A program made the position numbers and the translations under genes. From NCBI RefSeq assembly GCF_963921235.1, contig NC_086108.1, positions 105,650,001 through 105,714,000 on the forward strand: a stretch of 64,000 bases of DNA, written 5' to 3'. This DNA comes from Mobula hypostoma (lineage: Eukaryota). The notes under the pieces are model-generated. The model searched no databases. It saw nothing but the letters and a program-made list of their open reading frames with translations, and had not been told where the DNA came from. Positions 11,448-24,500 of the stretch are shown here, piece by piece; the first letter of the stretch is position 1; every line of letters starts with the position of its first letter.

Positions 11448-13496
11448 TTATTACTGTTGTCACATGTACCAAGACATAGTGAAAAGTTTGGCATGCATAC
11501 TGTCATACAGATCAGATCATTACACAATGGTCTGCAAGACAAACTTTTTATGTATCTATGAAGCTGCAGCTCCACCAGCAACTCCAACAAAGATATTTCA
11601 GTTTGCTAATTGAGCCCATACTTGGTTTATATGCTTAGGAGGTGCACAAGGGAAAATGCAGTTGAGCCACAAACTCTGTCATGCCTCAGGCTTAATTCTT
11701 TTATTTTTGTCTCTGTGGGATGGTTTTTGGGATAGAGAGAGTTAGGGGTCAGGGAAGGACTTAGGAAAAGAGATATGGGGGAAATTAGAGATCAGGTGCA
11801 GTCTTAGACTTCTCTTCACACTCAAAGGTCAGAAATGCTGAGATCTCTGCTCAGAGGTCAAGCCGGCAGATTGATGTTGCTGTGGACTGGTGTTTTGCAC
11901 CCCCACCCCCCAGGGTCAGCAAGTTTTCAGCAGGTTCCAGAATTGCAGTTCCGTGCAGGAGGAAGAAATGAAGGCCAGTGACCCCATAGGTACACAAATC
12001 GGTGAGTTTAGAGTTCGAGGCCTACTGTGCAGGGTCTTGCCATTGGCAAGTCTAGATTTTGAGGCCTGATGTTTGGTGATTGGCATGTCCTGGGACCGAT
12101 ACAGAAGATGGAAGCCTGCAGATCAATTGGAAGTCCAGAAGTTGAGGCCCGATGCCCGATGCCTTGAGTCTGTGAAGGCTGGAACCTTGTCCTGGAGTTG
12201 GAGGACTGTGTATGGCCACTGTTAGGTTAGAGGGAGGAATGGGACTCATTTTACTGTTGTTGTTTTGTTTCTTGTTGTGTTCATGTTGTTCTGTAGAGCA
12301 TTTTGGGCATGCTATGTTTGTGCTGGAAACATAGCATGCCCCCAGCATATTCTTGGCGTGTTAATGCAATTACAAAGAAGACACGGCGGCAGCTATACAA
12401 TATTTCATTGGGAGTTTGGGGAGATTTTGTATGTCACCAAAGACTCCAGCAAATTTTGGTTGCACCACCATCTGGTAAAGAGGGACTACAGCACAGGACC
12501 CAAAAAAGGAGCAGATGGTTGCAAACTCATGTGCACTACCCTCCCCACCATTGAGGACATCTTCAAAAGGTGATGCCTCAATACGGGGGCATCCATCATT
12601 AAGGACCCCCAACACCCAGGACCTGCCCTCTTCTCAGGGAGGCAGTAGAAGAGTCTGAAGGCACACACTAAACATTTTAGGAAAGCTTTTTCCCTCTGCC
12701 ATCATATTTCTGTATAGACAATGAATCAACCCATGAGCACTATTTTTTTTTGCTCTCTTTTTGCTGTCCTTTTTTGAAGAAGACAGATCTAGTCAGGGGA
12801 CCACACTAACAAAGTGAGCATGATGGCTGGGTTAAAGCACATTCTCTGGTCAAAGGTTGTCCATTTATAATGCATGTAAAATAAATTCATACTTAAAAAT
12901 ATTTATTATTCAAACATGCCAGATAGGTTAGGTAGACACAGAAAGACTGGAGTAAAATCTTTGCTCACTGTCTAACCGTAACTTATCATTGCCTTTGTAC
13001 AGCTGTTATCTAGGCAATGCCTTTGTGAAAATATTTATCATATCAGATAGTCAATCTTTTATAATCCCTTGTATGTCCTCGTCACTATTCAAAATAGAAA
13101 ACTAATTAAAAAATCTCAAAACAGGATCAGTGACTGAATAAAGTAAACACCGGGGTATTGTTGATTGGTTACATGAGCCAGTGGACAATAAATCCTCATG
13201 GATGCCGTTCCTGATTTAAATAAATATAAATAATGAGGATGGAGATATAATTTATGGGATTTGGAGAATATTATTATTATTCTCAGCAAAGCTGGTGTTT
13301 AACTCCTTTATGACCTCTGATAATTCACTTGGGAGTTTCTTTCATTTAAAAAAATAACAGGGGAGCGATTTATCAGAAGGCAGGACAGACGAAACAAATA
13401 GTCACAGGCGGAGGGAGATAAGTTCTTAAACAGCAAAGCTAATCCCAAACATTGAGGCTGGGGAGGAACGGGCAACGGAATGTGTTTTATTGTCCA

Positions 13497-14176
13497 TGAG
13501 ATGAAATAGGCCATTCAGCCCATCGAGTTTGCTCCACCATTCCATCATGGCTGACTTACTACTCTTCTCAATCCAATTCTCCTTCCTCTCCTCATAATAT
13601 TTGATGCTCTTACTAATCAAGAACTTCTCACCCTCTGCTGTAAATATGCCCAGTGACTTGGCCTCCACACCCATCAATGAATTCCACAGTTTCACCACCC
13701 TCTGGCTAAAGAAATTCCTCTTTATCTCTGTTCTAAATAGAGAGATAGATACTCTATTGATCCCAAAGGAAATTACAGTCTCACAGTGGCATTACAAGAG
13801 CACAGGTATACATATTAGAAGAGAAGTAGAAAGAATAAAAAATAAGTTACCACAAACAGTCTAACAGAAGGGGGTCATCACTTCCCCCATTATAGGTTGA
13901 CATATTATAGAGCCCAATGCCTAAGGTAAGAATTACCTCATATAGCGCTCTTCGGAGCAATACTAAAAGTGCTGCCCTGTTCAGCTAAGCTGGCATGCAG
14001 AGGGTGAGAAACATTGCCAAAATTGACAAGATTTTCTGTCTGGTCCTTTGTTTTACCACAGCCTCTAATGTGTCCAGTTTGACTCCTGTAACAGAGCTTG
14101 CTTTTCTAATCAGTGGACGTCCTTCTATTCTGAGGCTATTTGAAAAGAATGCTAACATTGAATTTGCCTTCCTTAC
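13497..14176 (-). mobile_element. CR1 3' fragment interrupted by a Rex1-type insert (about 13738-14112)
   Basis: CR1 sequence ...gttctaaa resumes as tggacgtccttctattctgaggct after a Rex1 3' piece (LIRKASSVTGVKLDTLE). Confidence 0.7.
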
Positions 14177-14692
14177 CATGTCTACGCTGCCTGTGCCCGT
14201 CATCTCTGCAGACACATTACAAATGTGTAACCCTTTCACCAGGGCTTGTATACAAACTTGCTCGTTAGCTAACTCTGCTAACAGCCGCATGACTCAACGG
14301 TGAGAATGCTTTTACACAAAAATAACTACTAAAATGATAAACCTACAGTGTAGCAGTAGAAATTTCAACCAGGGCATTACAAATGCAAATCAGAGTTCTG
14401 CCAGTTCTGAAGTCAACACTGAAGTATAAACTGCAATTATGAAGAATTAAGTCACAATTATAAAATGCATTGCGATGGAAAATTCGAACCCGATATGAAG
14501 CAAGTCCCGAGTCAGAAAATGCTGTATGAACTCAGCCTTATAGGAAGGATGTGGAAGCTTTAGAGATGGTACAGAGATTTAAAGTTCAAAGTAAATTTAT
14601 TCTCAAAGTGCAAATATGTCACCATATACAACCCTGAGATCCATTTTCTCGCGGGCATTCACAAAAAAATATGCATGATTTACCAGGATGTG

Positions 14693-14882
14693 TCCCGGCC
14701 GGTGGGGTAGTGGCATTTCAACCAGACTTTGAGGGGAGTGGTCCCGAGTTTGAATCCAACCTCCTCCTTGCAAGCTTTCCATCCGTGCTGGATTGAGCAT
14801 CGAGCTAGCAACTCAGTCTCGTAAAAAACAAGACAGATGCTAAAGAAGTGGCAAGGTTGTCGCCTGATACGCAACAAGGTGC
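14693..14882 (+). mobile_element. tRNA-headed SINE with RTE-type body
   Basis: A box GGTGGGGTAGTGG, B box GAGTTTGAATCC, then an RTE 5'-UTR-like motif GGATTGAGCATCGAGCTAGCAACTCAGTCTCGTAAAA. Confidence 0.6.
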
Positions 14883-15029
14883 AGCCAGGGATGAAAAACA
14901 GGATTCTGCCTGGACTAGAGAACGTGTCTTCTAAGGTTAGGTTGAACAAGCTAGGGTTCTTCTCTTTGGAGAGAAGGAGGATGAGAAGTGATTTGATAGA
15001 GGTGTACAAAAAGAGATTTAGATCTAGTG

Positions 15030-15109
15030 CATGGGTTCCCAATCCGGGGTCTATGGACCCCTCGGTTGATGGTAGGGATCCATGGGATAAAAAAGGTCAT
15101 GAACCCCTG
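15030..15109. mobile_element. hAT (Charlie-type) MITE inside a CR1 fragment
   Basis: Imperfect TIRs CATGGGTTC...GAACCCCTG with a perfect 8-bp TSD ATCTAGTG (15022-15029 and 15110-15117). Confidence 0.88.
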
Positions 15110-16398
15110 ATCTAGTGGATAGCCAACTAGTTTTTTGCAGGGTGGCAATGGCTAATATGAATGGGCATAGTTTTAAAGTTACCGGAGGAAATCATAGGGA
15201 GGCTCAATACCTCAAGATAACACAATATGGAGGCTTCATAAGGCACTGGGTAAACCGTGTTTGGGGTACTGTGGGCAGTTTTGGGCCCCGTATCTAAGGA
15301 AGGATGTGCTGGCATTAGAGAGGGCCCAGAGAAGGTTAATGTGAATGATCCCAGGAATGAAAGGGTTAATGTATGAGGAGCATTTGATGGCTCTGGGCAT
15401 GTACTCACTGGAGTTGAGAAGAATGAGGGGGGACTTAGAGAAATCTATCGAATATTGAGTTGACATGGAGAGGGGGAAATCTCGGACCAGAAGGCACAGC
15501 CTAAAAATAGAGGGACTTCCATTTAGAACTGTGACGAGGAGGAATTTCTTTAGTTAGAAAGTGGCTAAATCTGTGGAATTCATTGCCACAGACAGCTGTG
15601 GAAGCCAAGTCATTGAGTATATTTAGAGCAGAGGTTGATTGATTCTTGTTTGTTCATGACAGCAAAGGTTACAGGGAGAAGACAGGAGAATGCGGTTGAG
15701 AGGGAAAGGACATCAGGTAATTAGTAAATGTCCTGATGACGGGTTTGTCCTGAAATGTTATCTGTTTATTCATTTCCATAGAGGCTGCCTGATCTGCCGA
15801 GTTCCTTCAGCACTTGTGTGTGTTACTCTGGATTTCCAGCATCTGCAGAATCTTGTGTTCATAATAAATGAATGTGTTTTGCAAGGCATCGTCACTTCAC
15901 ATGTATGTGTCTGCTGTAAGACATTTTGGAACCACAGTCATTGAGATATACAGAACAGAAACTGAACCTTCAGCCCATCTATACATTCCTAACCACATAT
16001 TCTAAGTGAGCAAGTCTCATTTGCCTGCGTTTGGCCCACATCACTCTGAAACATTCCTATTCATGTAGCTGTCCAAATGTCTTTCAAATGTCATAATTGT
16101 ACCAATTTCTATGGAAAATTCTGTGTGAAGAAGTTTTCCCTCAGGTCCATTTGAAATCTCTCAAATCAAATCAAAATCAAATCAAGTTTAATTATCATTC
16201 AAACCATACATAGATGCAGCTGAATGAGACACCATTCTTCTCGGGCCAAGGTGTAAAATATTAAAAAATAGCAAGCAAACATTCAAAAATAGCAAGTAAC
16301 ATAATTCAAAATGTCGAGCAAACAAGCATATTCACTTGAAAGAAAACATATATTGTCCAAGACCCTAAGCAAACAATTATACAGTTTCCCAGCAGTGT

Positions 16399-16400
<2 letters not shown>

Positions 16401-16435
<35 letters not shown>
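16401..16435. repeat. (CA)n microsatellite
   Basis: Direct inspection. Confidence 0.95.
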
Positions 16436-16436
<1 letters not shown>

Positions 16437-17560
16437 TAAACATTAACCTGACTTGAGCCCTCTCATTTTGGATGTCCCTACACTGGAATAAAAACTGTAA
16501 TAATTCACCTTACCTATGCCCTCATAAACCTTTATAAGGTCCACCCTTCGTCCTCCAGGGAAAAGTCTCAGACTATCCAATCCCTCCTTCATGAGCTGAG
16601 ATTGTGAAAATATGATTTCTTTTTGCAAGAATGAAGTTTTACTTTGGTTGGGAGATGATGATGTGGCAACGTCACCTGGAACATGCAGAAACTTTCACGC
16701 AAGCCACGAACCTAGTGACATGGAATATTACAGCTGTGATAAACATTCAGCTCAACAAATCTGTGATAACTCCTACAAAATAGAATTTTGCCATGAAAGC
16801 TTACCAATGCCTCTACCTCTTCAGGAGGTTAAAAAAATTTGGTGTGTCCCTTTTTATCTTACCATTTTGTTTAATCGATGCACCACAGAAAGCATCCTAT
16901 ACAGATTCATCATGGATTGGTATGGTAACTGCTCTGCACACGGCCACATGAAACTGTGGACACAACGATACAAAGGTTCAAAGTACATTTATTATCCAAG
17001 CATGCATGTAGTATACAACCCTAAGATTCATCTTCAAACAGACAGCCATGAAACAAAGAAACACTATGGAACCCATTCAGAGAAAAACATCAAACTCCCA
17101 ATGCACAAAAAAGAACAAATCATGTAAACAGCAAAAAGAGTAAAAAACACAGAATATAAAACACCAAACTGCAAAGACATTGAAAGAGTCCAGTTATATT
17201 CAATTGAGTGCAATCTAACGCTATGTTATTTGTTACTTCCAGGCCATAGAACCAGTCTGCTCTGACAAAAATTGCACAAAATAGCAACATAAAAAGGAGT
17301 AAACAGAAAGATTAAACATGTTATAATGTGAACGACAGAGTCCAATCCACAAACCGCATTGACTAAACTTTGGCCAAGGTCCTGAACTCTGGCAGCAGTG
17401 AGTGAGAGGGAGAGAGAGATCATTCAATTCCGCACATCACAGAAACTAACCTTCTCTCCATGGACTCTGTTTACACTTCTCACTGCCTCAGTAAAGCAGC
17501 AGTATAAACATATGACCTCCCCCACCCCAGACGTTCTCTCTTCTCCCTTCTGCTATTGAG

Positions 17561-17940
17561 TTTGTTCATCTTGTGCAGTGTTGTATGATGTCAGCAATCA
17601 TGGTCTCTCTATAATCATGAATGTACTTTTCTACAGAAGGGGTTTGCCATTGCCCTCTTCGAGGCGGTGTCTTTACAAGTCAGGTGACCCCAGCCACTGT
17701 CAATACTCTTTAGAGATTGTCTGCCAGGCGACAGTGGTCGCAAAACCAGGACTTGTGATATGCACCAGCCACTCATGTGACCTTCGACCAGCTGTTCCCG
17801 TGGCTTCACGTGACTCTGATCGGGGGCGGGGGGTGTGGTAAGTAGGTGCAACACCTTTCCCAAGGGTGACCTGCAGGCTAGCGTAGGGAAGGAACACCTT
17901 ATATCTCCTTTGGTAGAGACATATCTCCGCTCAGCCACTC
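17561..17940 (-). mobile_element. Second copy of the RTE-related element at 11083-11447
   Basis: Reverse-complement homology across its length; inserted in a Rex1 remnant. Confidence 0.75.
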
Positions 17941-18220
17941 CTATTAGGTAGAAGATACCAAAGCTGAAAACTCATTCCACCAGGCTCAAGGATGGATTCT
18001 ATCCCACTTTTATAAGACTATTGAATGATTTTCTTACATAATAAGATCAAAAATCAATTTTATTCACCATATATATCTACATGGATTAGGAATTTGCTAT
18101 GTGTGGTGTGTTCATCAGGGCATGAAAAAAATCAATAACTATAAAGAATAAAGAATTATAACAAAATAAAGATAGAAGGTAAAGTATGGATGTGTAATAA
18201 AATGTGCATTAATACATAAA

Positions 18221-18642
18221 CCCTTTAAAAGGACCACAACCTTGTCGTAGAGTTTAGAGGGTTGTGTGCCTCAGTGAACCAGAGAGCTGCATTGGCTGGT
18301 GTCAGGGCCTTGTGCTTTGGCTCTTGGTAGGGTCATCCATGCCAAATAGGTCAAAGGGCAGAGGCCAGACAAAGAGTGGTGCACAGGGTCTCCAGGTCTG
18401 GAGGTTCAGCTCAGGGCTAACAATCTTGATCGGTCAAACAAAATTGTTACGGAAATAGCGATGAAGAATCCTTCTACATCTGAATGTGATGGTCTTCCTG
18501 GAGTCTCCACCCGGGACTTGCATGACTGACACTAGTGAAAAGAAGCTACTAATATGATGAAGGAAGCTCTGAACACCTGCAGAGATGAAGAACCTTCATT
18601 ACTGCCCTAAACACTAGTGGCATAATGGATAGCAAGTGAGTA
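18221..18642 (+). mobile_element. Bipartite non-autonomous RTE element (Rex3/Expander/BovB-like 5' UTR fused to an RTE 3' end)
   Basis: Head GGACCACAACCTTGTCG...GGTAGGGTCA.CCATG...GACAAAGAGTGG. Its 3' end matches the RTE at 56600-56653. Imperfect TSD aatacataaa/agtatataaa. Confidence 0.75.
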
Positions 18643-20296
18643 AGTATATAAATACCAGCATGTATTTATAATGTAAACAGAATTATAAAAAATGGTTTAA
18701 AATGTTCATAATGCAGTGCAGAGACCCTGCTAACATAGAGAGAGGGTAAGCGGGGGTGTAATAAATTGATCTGTATGAATATTTTGCAAGACGAGCTTTT
18801 CACTGTACCTTGGTACATGTGACAATAACAAACTAATTCCAATTCCAATTGCAATCCAGACTCATCAACCAGCCTCCCACACTTGCCGTATTTCCGTACA
18901 GTAATCACTTTGTCCCATATTGTTCTAGTATCCTTCTGAAGAGCACAATTGGACCATTCTCCACCATCCTATCAAGCCGGTATTCTGAATCCAAAACACT
19001 TGTTGGGGTCTGAAGCTTTACCAAATATCGCTGCTGCTTCTTATTCCAGTCACCTAAACTGTGTCTCTGCTGGTTGTTAACTCCAGCAGTTTCTCAATTT
19101 CTCATTTAATCATTCACAGGATGTGAACATTGTTGGAAGTGACATGGCCTGTAGGTCCTTCCTTAATTGGCCCTCTCTCTACACAGTGTAAAAACTTCGT
19201 GAGAGCAGCCTCAACTCCTGCACTCTATCCACATAATGATCCCTCAAGTCCAAAGCTATTCCCGTTAATCACTTCTTTGCCCTCCATAAAACCTTCACAT
19301 CCTTCCTAAACTGTTATTCCTAGAATTTTACAAGACTCTAGTTGTTGTAAAATAAACCTCCAGGATTCCAAGCGTAACATTTATATTTATTAAGTCCAAT
19401 GTCCCATAGGCTTTATCAAATGCAAAGGCCTATTAAGACCATACACCACAAAACACAGGAGAAGAATTAAACCATTCAGCTCATTAAGCCTGCACCACCA
19501 TTCCATCATGTTTGATTTATTATCCAACTTTACCCCATTCTCTAACCTTCACTCCATAATCTTTGACACCTTCACTAATCAAGAACTTATCAATGTCCAC
19601 TTTAAGTATACCCAATGACTTGGCTTCCACAGATATCTGCAGCAATGAATTCCAGATTCACCACCTTCTCGCCAAAGTAATTAGACCATAATACCTCAAG
19701 ATATAGGAGCAGAATTAGGCCAATTGGCCCATCGAGTCTGCTCTGCCATTTCATCATGGCGGATCCAATTTTCCTCTCGGTCCCAATCTGCTGCTTTCAC
19801 CCATGTCCCTACATGCCCCGGCCAATCAAGAATTTATCAACCTTTGTCCTAAATATGCATTAAGACTTGGTCTCCACAGCTGCTTGTGGCAAAGAATTCC
19901 ACAGATTCACCACTCTCTGGCAAAAAAAATTCCTCCTCATCTCTGTACTAAAGGGACGCCATTCTATTCTGAGGCTGTGTTCTCTGGTCTTAGTCTCTCC
20001 CACCAAAAGAAACATCCTCTCCACATCCACTCTGTCAAGGCCTTTCACCATTTGATAGGTTCCAATGAGATCACCCCTTATTATTCTGAATTCCAGTGAA
20101 TACAGGCCCATAGCCATCAAACGTTCCTTATATGGCAGGCCAATCTATCCTGGGATCATTTTTGTGAACTTCCTTTGAACCCTTCCAGTTTCAGCACATC
20201 CTTTCTAAGCTAATGGGTTCAAAGCTGCTCATAGTACTCCAAGTGAGGCCTCACCAGGGCTTTATAAAATTTCAACATTACATCCTTCCTTTCATG

Positions 20297-20969
20297 CAGA
20301 CATCCCACCTCTCCCGGAAGTTCTGGGAGTCTCCCGCATGTGAATAGTGGCTCCCTGATGCCCGCAAATTATATACAATATCACAGAAATCAATTTTTTT
20401 GAGAGCAAGCGAGAGAAAGCAAGAAAGAGCGCGAGAGCGACCACAAGAGAGAGCGCGCGTGAGAGAGAGAGCGAGAGCAAGCAAGCGAAGGAGAGAGCGA
20501 GCGAGAGAGAAAGCAAGCAAGAGTGCGCGAGCAAGAGAGCGAGAGAGATCGAGCGAGAGAGAAAGCAAACGAGAGCACTTGAGAGCGCGCGAGTGACGAG
20601 AAAGAGAGAGAGCGCGAGCGAGAGCGCGCCATGGCAGAGTGTTCCAAAAAAAATATAAAGCGTACGTCACCCCAGACTACACTAAAGTGTACCCCTGCCT
20701 AATAGGGGTCAAAATAATGACAGTGTTGCTCGCTGCACTATTTGCAACAGTGACTTTTCTATTGCCCATGGTGGGTTAAGACTGTAAAAGACATGTTGAG
20801 GTGAGTTTAACAGGGGTCATTCGTTCATTAGCGTAGCTAACGTTATTTAAACTAGCTGGCCAGCTGCTAAGGAGCTACTCTATTGCAGACATCCCACCTC
20901 TCCTGGAAGTCTCCCGCAAATTGATGGTGCTACCTCCCTGAGATGAGTTTTTGCAGGGTGGGATGTCTG
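20297..20969 (+). mobile_element. Non-autonomous hAT-type DNA transposon with BED zinc-finger remnant
   Basis: TIRs CAGACATCCCACC / GGTGGGATGTCTG and TSD-like tttcatg/tttcata. 20631-20800 reads, with frameshifts, MAECSKK-KYKAYVTPDYTKVYPCLIGVK-NNDSVARCTICNSDFSIAHGGL-DCKRHVE, followed by GTGAGT. Confidence 0.8.
20401..20630. repeat. GA/GC-rich low-complexity tract inside the hAT element
   Basis: Degenerate (GAGC/GAGA)n. Confidence 0.9.
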
Positions 20970-22654
20970 TTTCATATTTTCTCGAAATGAATGCTAACAT
21001 CACATTTGCCTTCCTCACCACAGACTCTACCTGAAAATTAACCTTTAGGGAACCCTGCATCATCGAGCTCATTGATACATAACATAAATGAATCGCTTCC
21101 AACGCAGACCCCTGTGGAACACCACTAGTCACCGGCAGTCCTCTTGAAATGCTCGTGAGCATTGAATTTGTCTTCCTCACCACAGACTCAACCTGCAAAC
21201 TAACCTTCAGAAAATCCTGCATGAGAACTCCCAAGTCCTTTGTGCCTCTGTATTTTGTATTTTCTCTCCATTTAGAAAATTGTAAACTTTTCATTTCTTC
21301 TACCAAGGTGCATGACCATAAACTTCTCGACACTGTATTTCATCTGCCATTTCTATGACAATTCTCCTCAACTGTCAAAGTCCTTCTGTAGCCCCTCTAC
21401 TTCCTCAGAACCACCTGTTCCTCCACTTACCTTCATATCGTCTGCAAACTTTGTAACAAAGCCATTAATTGCAACATCCAAACCATTGAAATATAACCTA
21501 AAAAGAATTGGTCCCAACACAGACCTCTGTGGAAAACTACTAGTCACCAGCAGCCAACCAGAAAAGGCTTCCTTTATTCCCACTCCTTCCCTCTTGCCAA
21601 TCGACCTCTGCTTTACCCAGGCTAGAATCTTTCCTGTAATATCATGTAGCTCGTAGCTAGTTAAGCAGCAAAACATGTGGCACCTTGTCAAAGGCCTTCT
21701 GAAAATCCAAGTACGTACACAACATCAACTGATTCGATTCTCATTTGTCAATCCTTCTTGTTACTCCTTCGAACAATACCAACAGATTTGTCAGGCATGA
21801 TTTTCCCTTGAGAAACTGTGTGGACTGTGGTGTACTTTATCATCTTTATCATGTGCCTCCAAGTAACCTGAGACCTTATCTTTGATAATCGACTTTAACA
21901 TCTTTATTAGGCACAGGAGGTACGTAATGAAGTGGCCACTGAGTGCAGAGTCAACTGTTTAAAACAATGCCTTGATTTGTTTCCTCCAAGTTTTGGAAGG
22001 GTTTAAATCTGTGTATTGATTCATTATCAACTAAACTCATCATCCCACCCTTGGAGTTGATTAAAGAGACCACCTGTTGTTAAGTTAAATGAAATATCAA
22101 TAGGATCAGTGTATCTCACTGTGAAGAAATGAGTTTTCTAAACTGGTCCATCTGGTGTCAATCCACAAGTCTAAACAATAGAGTCATTTGCAGTGAATTT
22201 ATTTTGTAACTCTGTGTTCCTTCATCATGAGCTGAAGAGCCTGCTCCTCTGCCATGCACTTCTGCAGTATGTTCAATATAAATTAAATCCACGTTCTTGT
22301 AAATGAACCTTTTTATTTAGCGATACAGCCTAGATTAGCCCCTAGCCCCTCCCGGCCCTTTGAGCCACACCGCCCCAGCAACCCTCGACAAAACTCTCTT
22401 CAGGGCACTTTTGCTATTCCATTCTTTGATCAACTTAAACGCTGGCCTAGATCGACTAAAAAGACAGGGTCACTCCTCTCTCCATGGCACTGAGACTATG
22501 AAGACTGCCCCGGCTGCTGTGCTCTGTGCCTGCTAATATCATGAACTCATAAGCTAGGCTTTGGGCCTACTCCGGGCTGATCTGGGGTTCGGATCTGAGG
22601 ACTCAATTTGGCTCGGAACATTGTTGCTCGCTTCAATTGTTTGCATGATTTGTT

Positions 22655-23920
22655 GCACTGGCTTCAATAATAAGCAAATGCTTTGAGAGACTGGTCAAGG
22701 ACTACATCTGCAGCCTGCTACCACCCACACTGGATCCCCTACAATTCACCTACCGATAGAACTGATCGATAGATGATGCAATAGCCACTGCTCTACATAA
22801 CCGTCTTTATACAAGTGCAGAAGAAGGATGCTTATGTGAGAATGCTGTTCTTGGATTACAGTTTAGCATTCAACACCATAATTGCATCCAGGCTTAACAG
22901 GAAGTTTGGAGACCTTGGCCTTGATCCTGTCTTGTGCAGCTGGATCCTGGACTTCTTGTCAGATCGCCAGTAGGTGGTAAGAGTGAGCTCCCTCACCTCA
23001 ACCCCTCCGACTCTCAACACAGAAGCCCCTCAGAGCTGTGTACCAAGTCCCCCCCTTTACTCCCTGTGTACCATGACTGTGTCACCATCCACAGCTCTAA
23101 CCTGCTAATTAAATTTGCCAATGACACTACATTGATTGGCCTAATCTCAAATAATAATGAGGTGACCTAGAGGGAAGAAGTCATCTCTCTGACACAGTGG
23201 TGTCAAGAAGACAACCTCTCTCTCTCTCAATGTCGCAAAAACAAAGGAACTAGTTGTGGATTACAGGAGACCCCTATTGACATCAGTGGATCTGGGGTTG
23301 AGAGGGTAAACAACTTAAGTTTCTTAGCATCCACATTACCGAGGACCTCGTGTGATCTGTACAAACTAGCTGTGTGGTGAAAAAGGCACAACAGCGCCTC
23401 TCTCACCTCAGACAGTTGAGGAAGTTTGGTATGGGCCCCCAAATCCTAAGAACTTTCTACAAGGGCACAATTGAGAGCATCCTGACTGGCTGCACCACTG
23501 CCTGGTATGGGTACTGTACCGCCCTTAATCGCAGGACTCTGCAGAGAGTGGTACGGACAGCCCGGCGCATCTGTAGTTGTGAACTTCCCATGATTCAGGA
23601 TATTTACAAAGACAGGTAATGAAAGATTATTGGGGACCCGAGTCACAACTGCCCCAGTCTATTCCATCTGCTACCATCTGGGAAATGGTACCACAGCATA
23701 AAAGCCAGAACCAACAGGCTCCGGGACAGCTTCTTCCACCAGGCCATCAGACTGATGAACTCATGCGGACTTGAGTGTATTTCTATGTTACATTGGCTGT
23801 TCTATTTATTATAAATTACCATGACTGCACATTGCACATTTACACGGATACGTAACATAAAGATTTTTACTCCTTATGTATGTGAAGGATGTAAGAAATA
23901 AAGTCAATTCAATTCAATTC
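22655..23920 (+). mobile_element. Rex1/Babar LINE, decayed RT to 3' end
   Basis: [39 protein letters not shown] motifs; (AATTC)n tail. Confidence 0.9.
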
Positions 23921-24019
23921 ATATGCAGTAAATCCAAGAACATAATAGAATGAATGAAAAACCACGCACAACAGGATTTTCAAACAACCAATGCGCAAAG
24001 GATAGCAATCTGTGCAAGT

Positions 24020-24500
24020 ACAAAAGAGAAAAAAAATTAATAATAATGATAATAACTAAATAAGCAATAAATATTGAGAACGTGAGATGAAGAGTCCTTC
24101 AAAGTGAGTATATAGGTTTTGGGAACAGTTCAGTGAGGGGGCGAGTGAAGTTATTGCCACTGGTTCGAGAGCTTGATGGATGAGGGGTAATAACTGTTCC
24201 TGAACCCGGGGGTGTGTGTCCTGAGGCTCCTGTACCGACTACCTGATGGCAACAGCTAGAAGAGAGCATGTCCTGGCTGGTAAGTGTCCTTGATGATGGC
24301 TGCTGCTTCCCTGCGACAGTGCTCCATGCAGATGTGCTCAAAGGTGAGGAGGGCATTACCTAAGATGGAATGAACTGTATACATTATTTTTTGAAGGATT
24401 TTCTGTTCAAGGGCATTGGTGTTCCCATACCAGGCCATGATGTAATCAGTCAATACACTCTCCAGTACACATCTATAGAAGTTTGTCAGAGTTGTAGAGT
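24020..24500 (-). mobile_element. Rex1/Babar LINE 3' fragment
   Basis: TNFYRCVLESVLT...AWYGN...IIKD..QPGHALF. Confidence 0.8.

Larger units (their letters stand above)
19437..21900 (-). mobile_element. Cluster of decayed CR1 LINE segments (RT to 3' end)
   Basis: ORFs 19860-20120, 20875-21333 and 21368-21691 carry CR1 RT motifs (GVPQGS, FADD, SLEFRIIRGDLI). Confidence 0.85.

Noticed and set aside
16612..17127. 171-aa ORF as a host gene
   Set aside because: Chimera of unique sequence, a Rex1 remnant (RCTTESIL..WYGNCSA) and another repeat tail; no coherent domain.
20278..20670. Leu/Ser/Arg-rich or Arg/Glu-rich ORFs
   Set aside because: Translations of the GA/GC low-complexity tract inside the hAT element.
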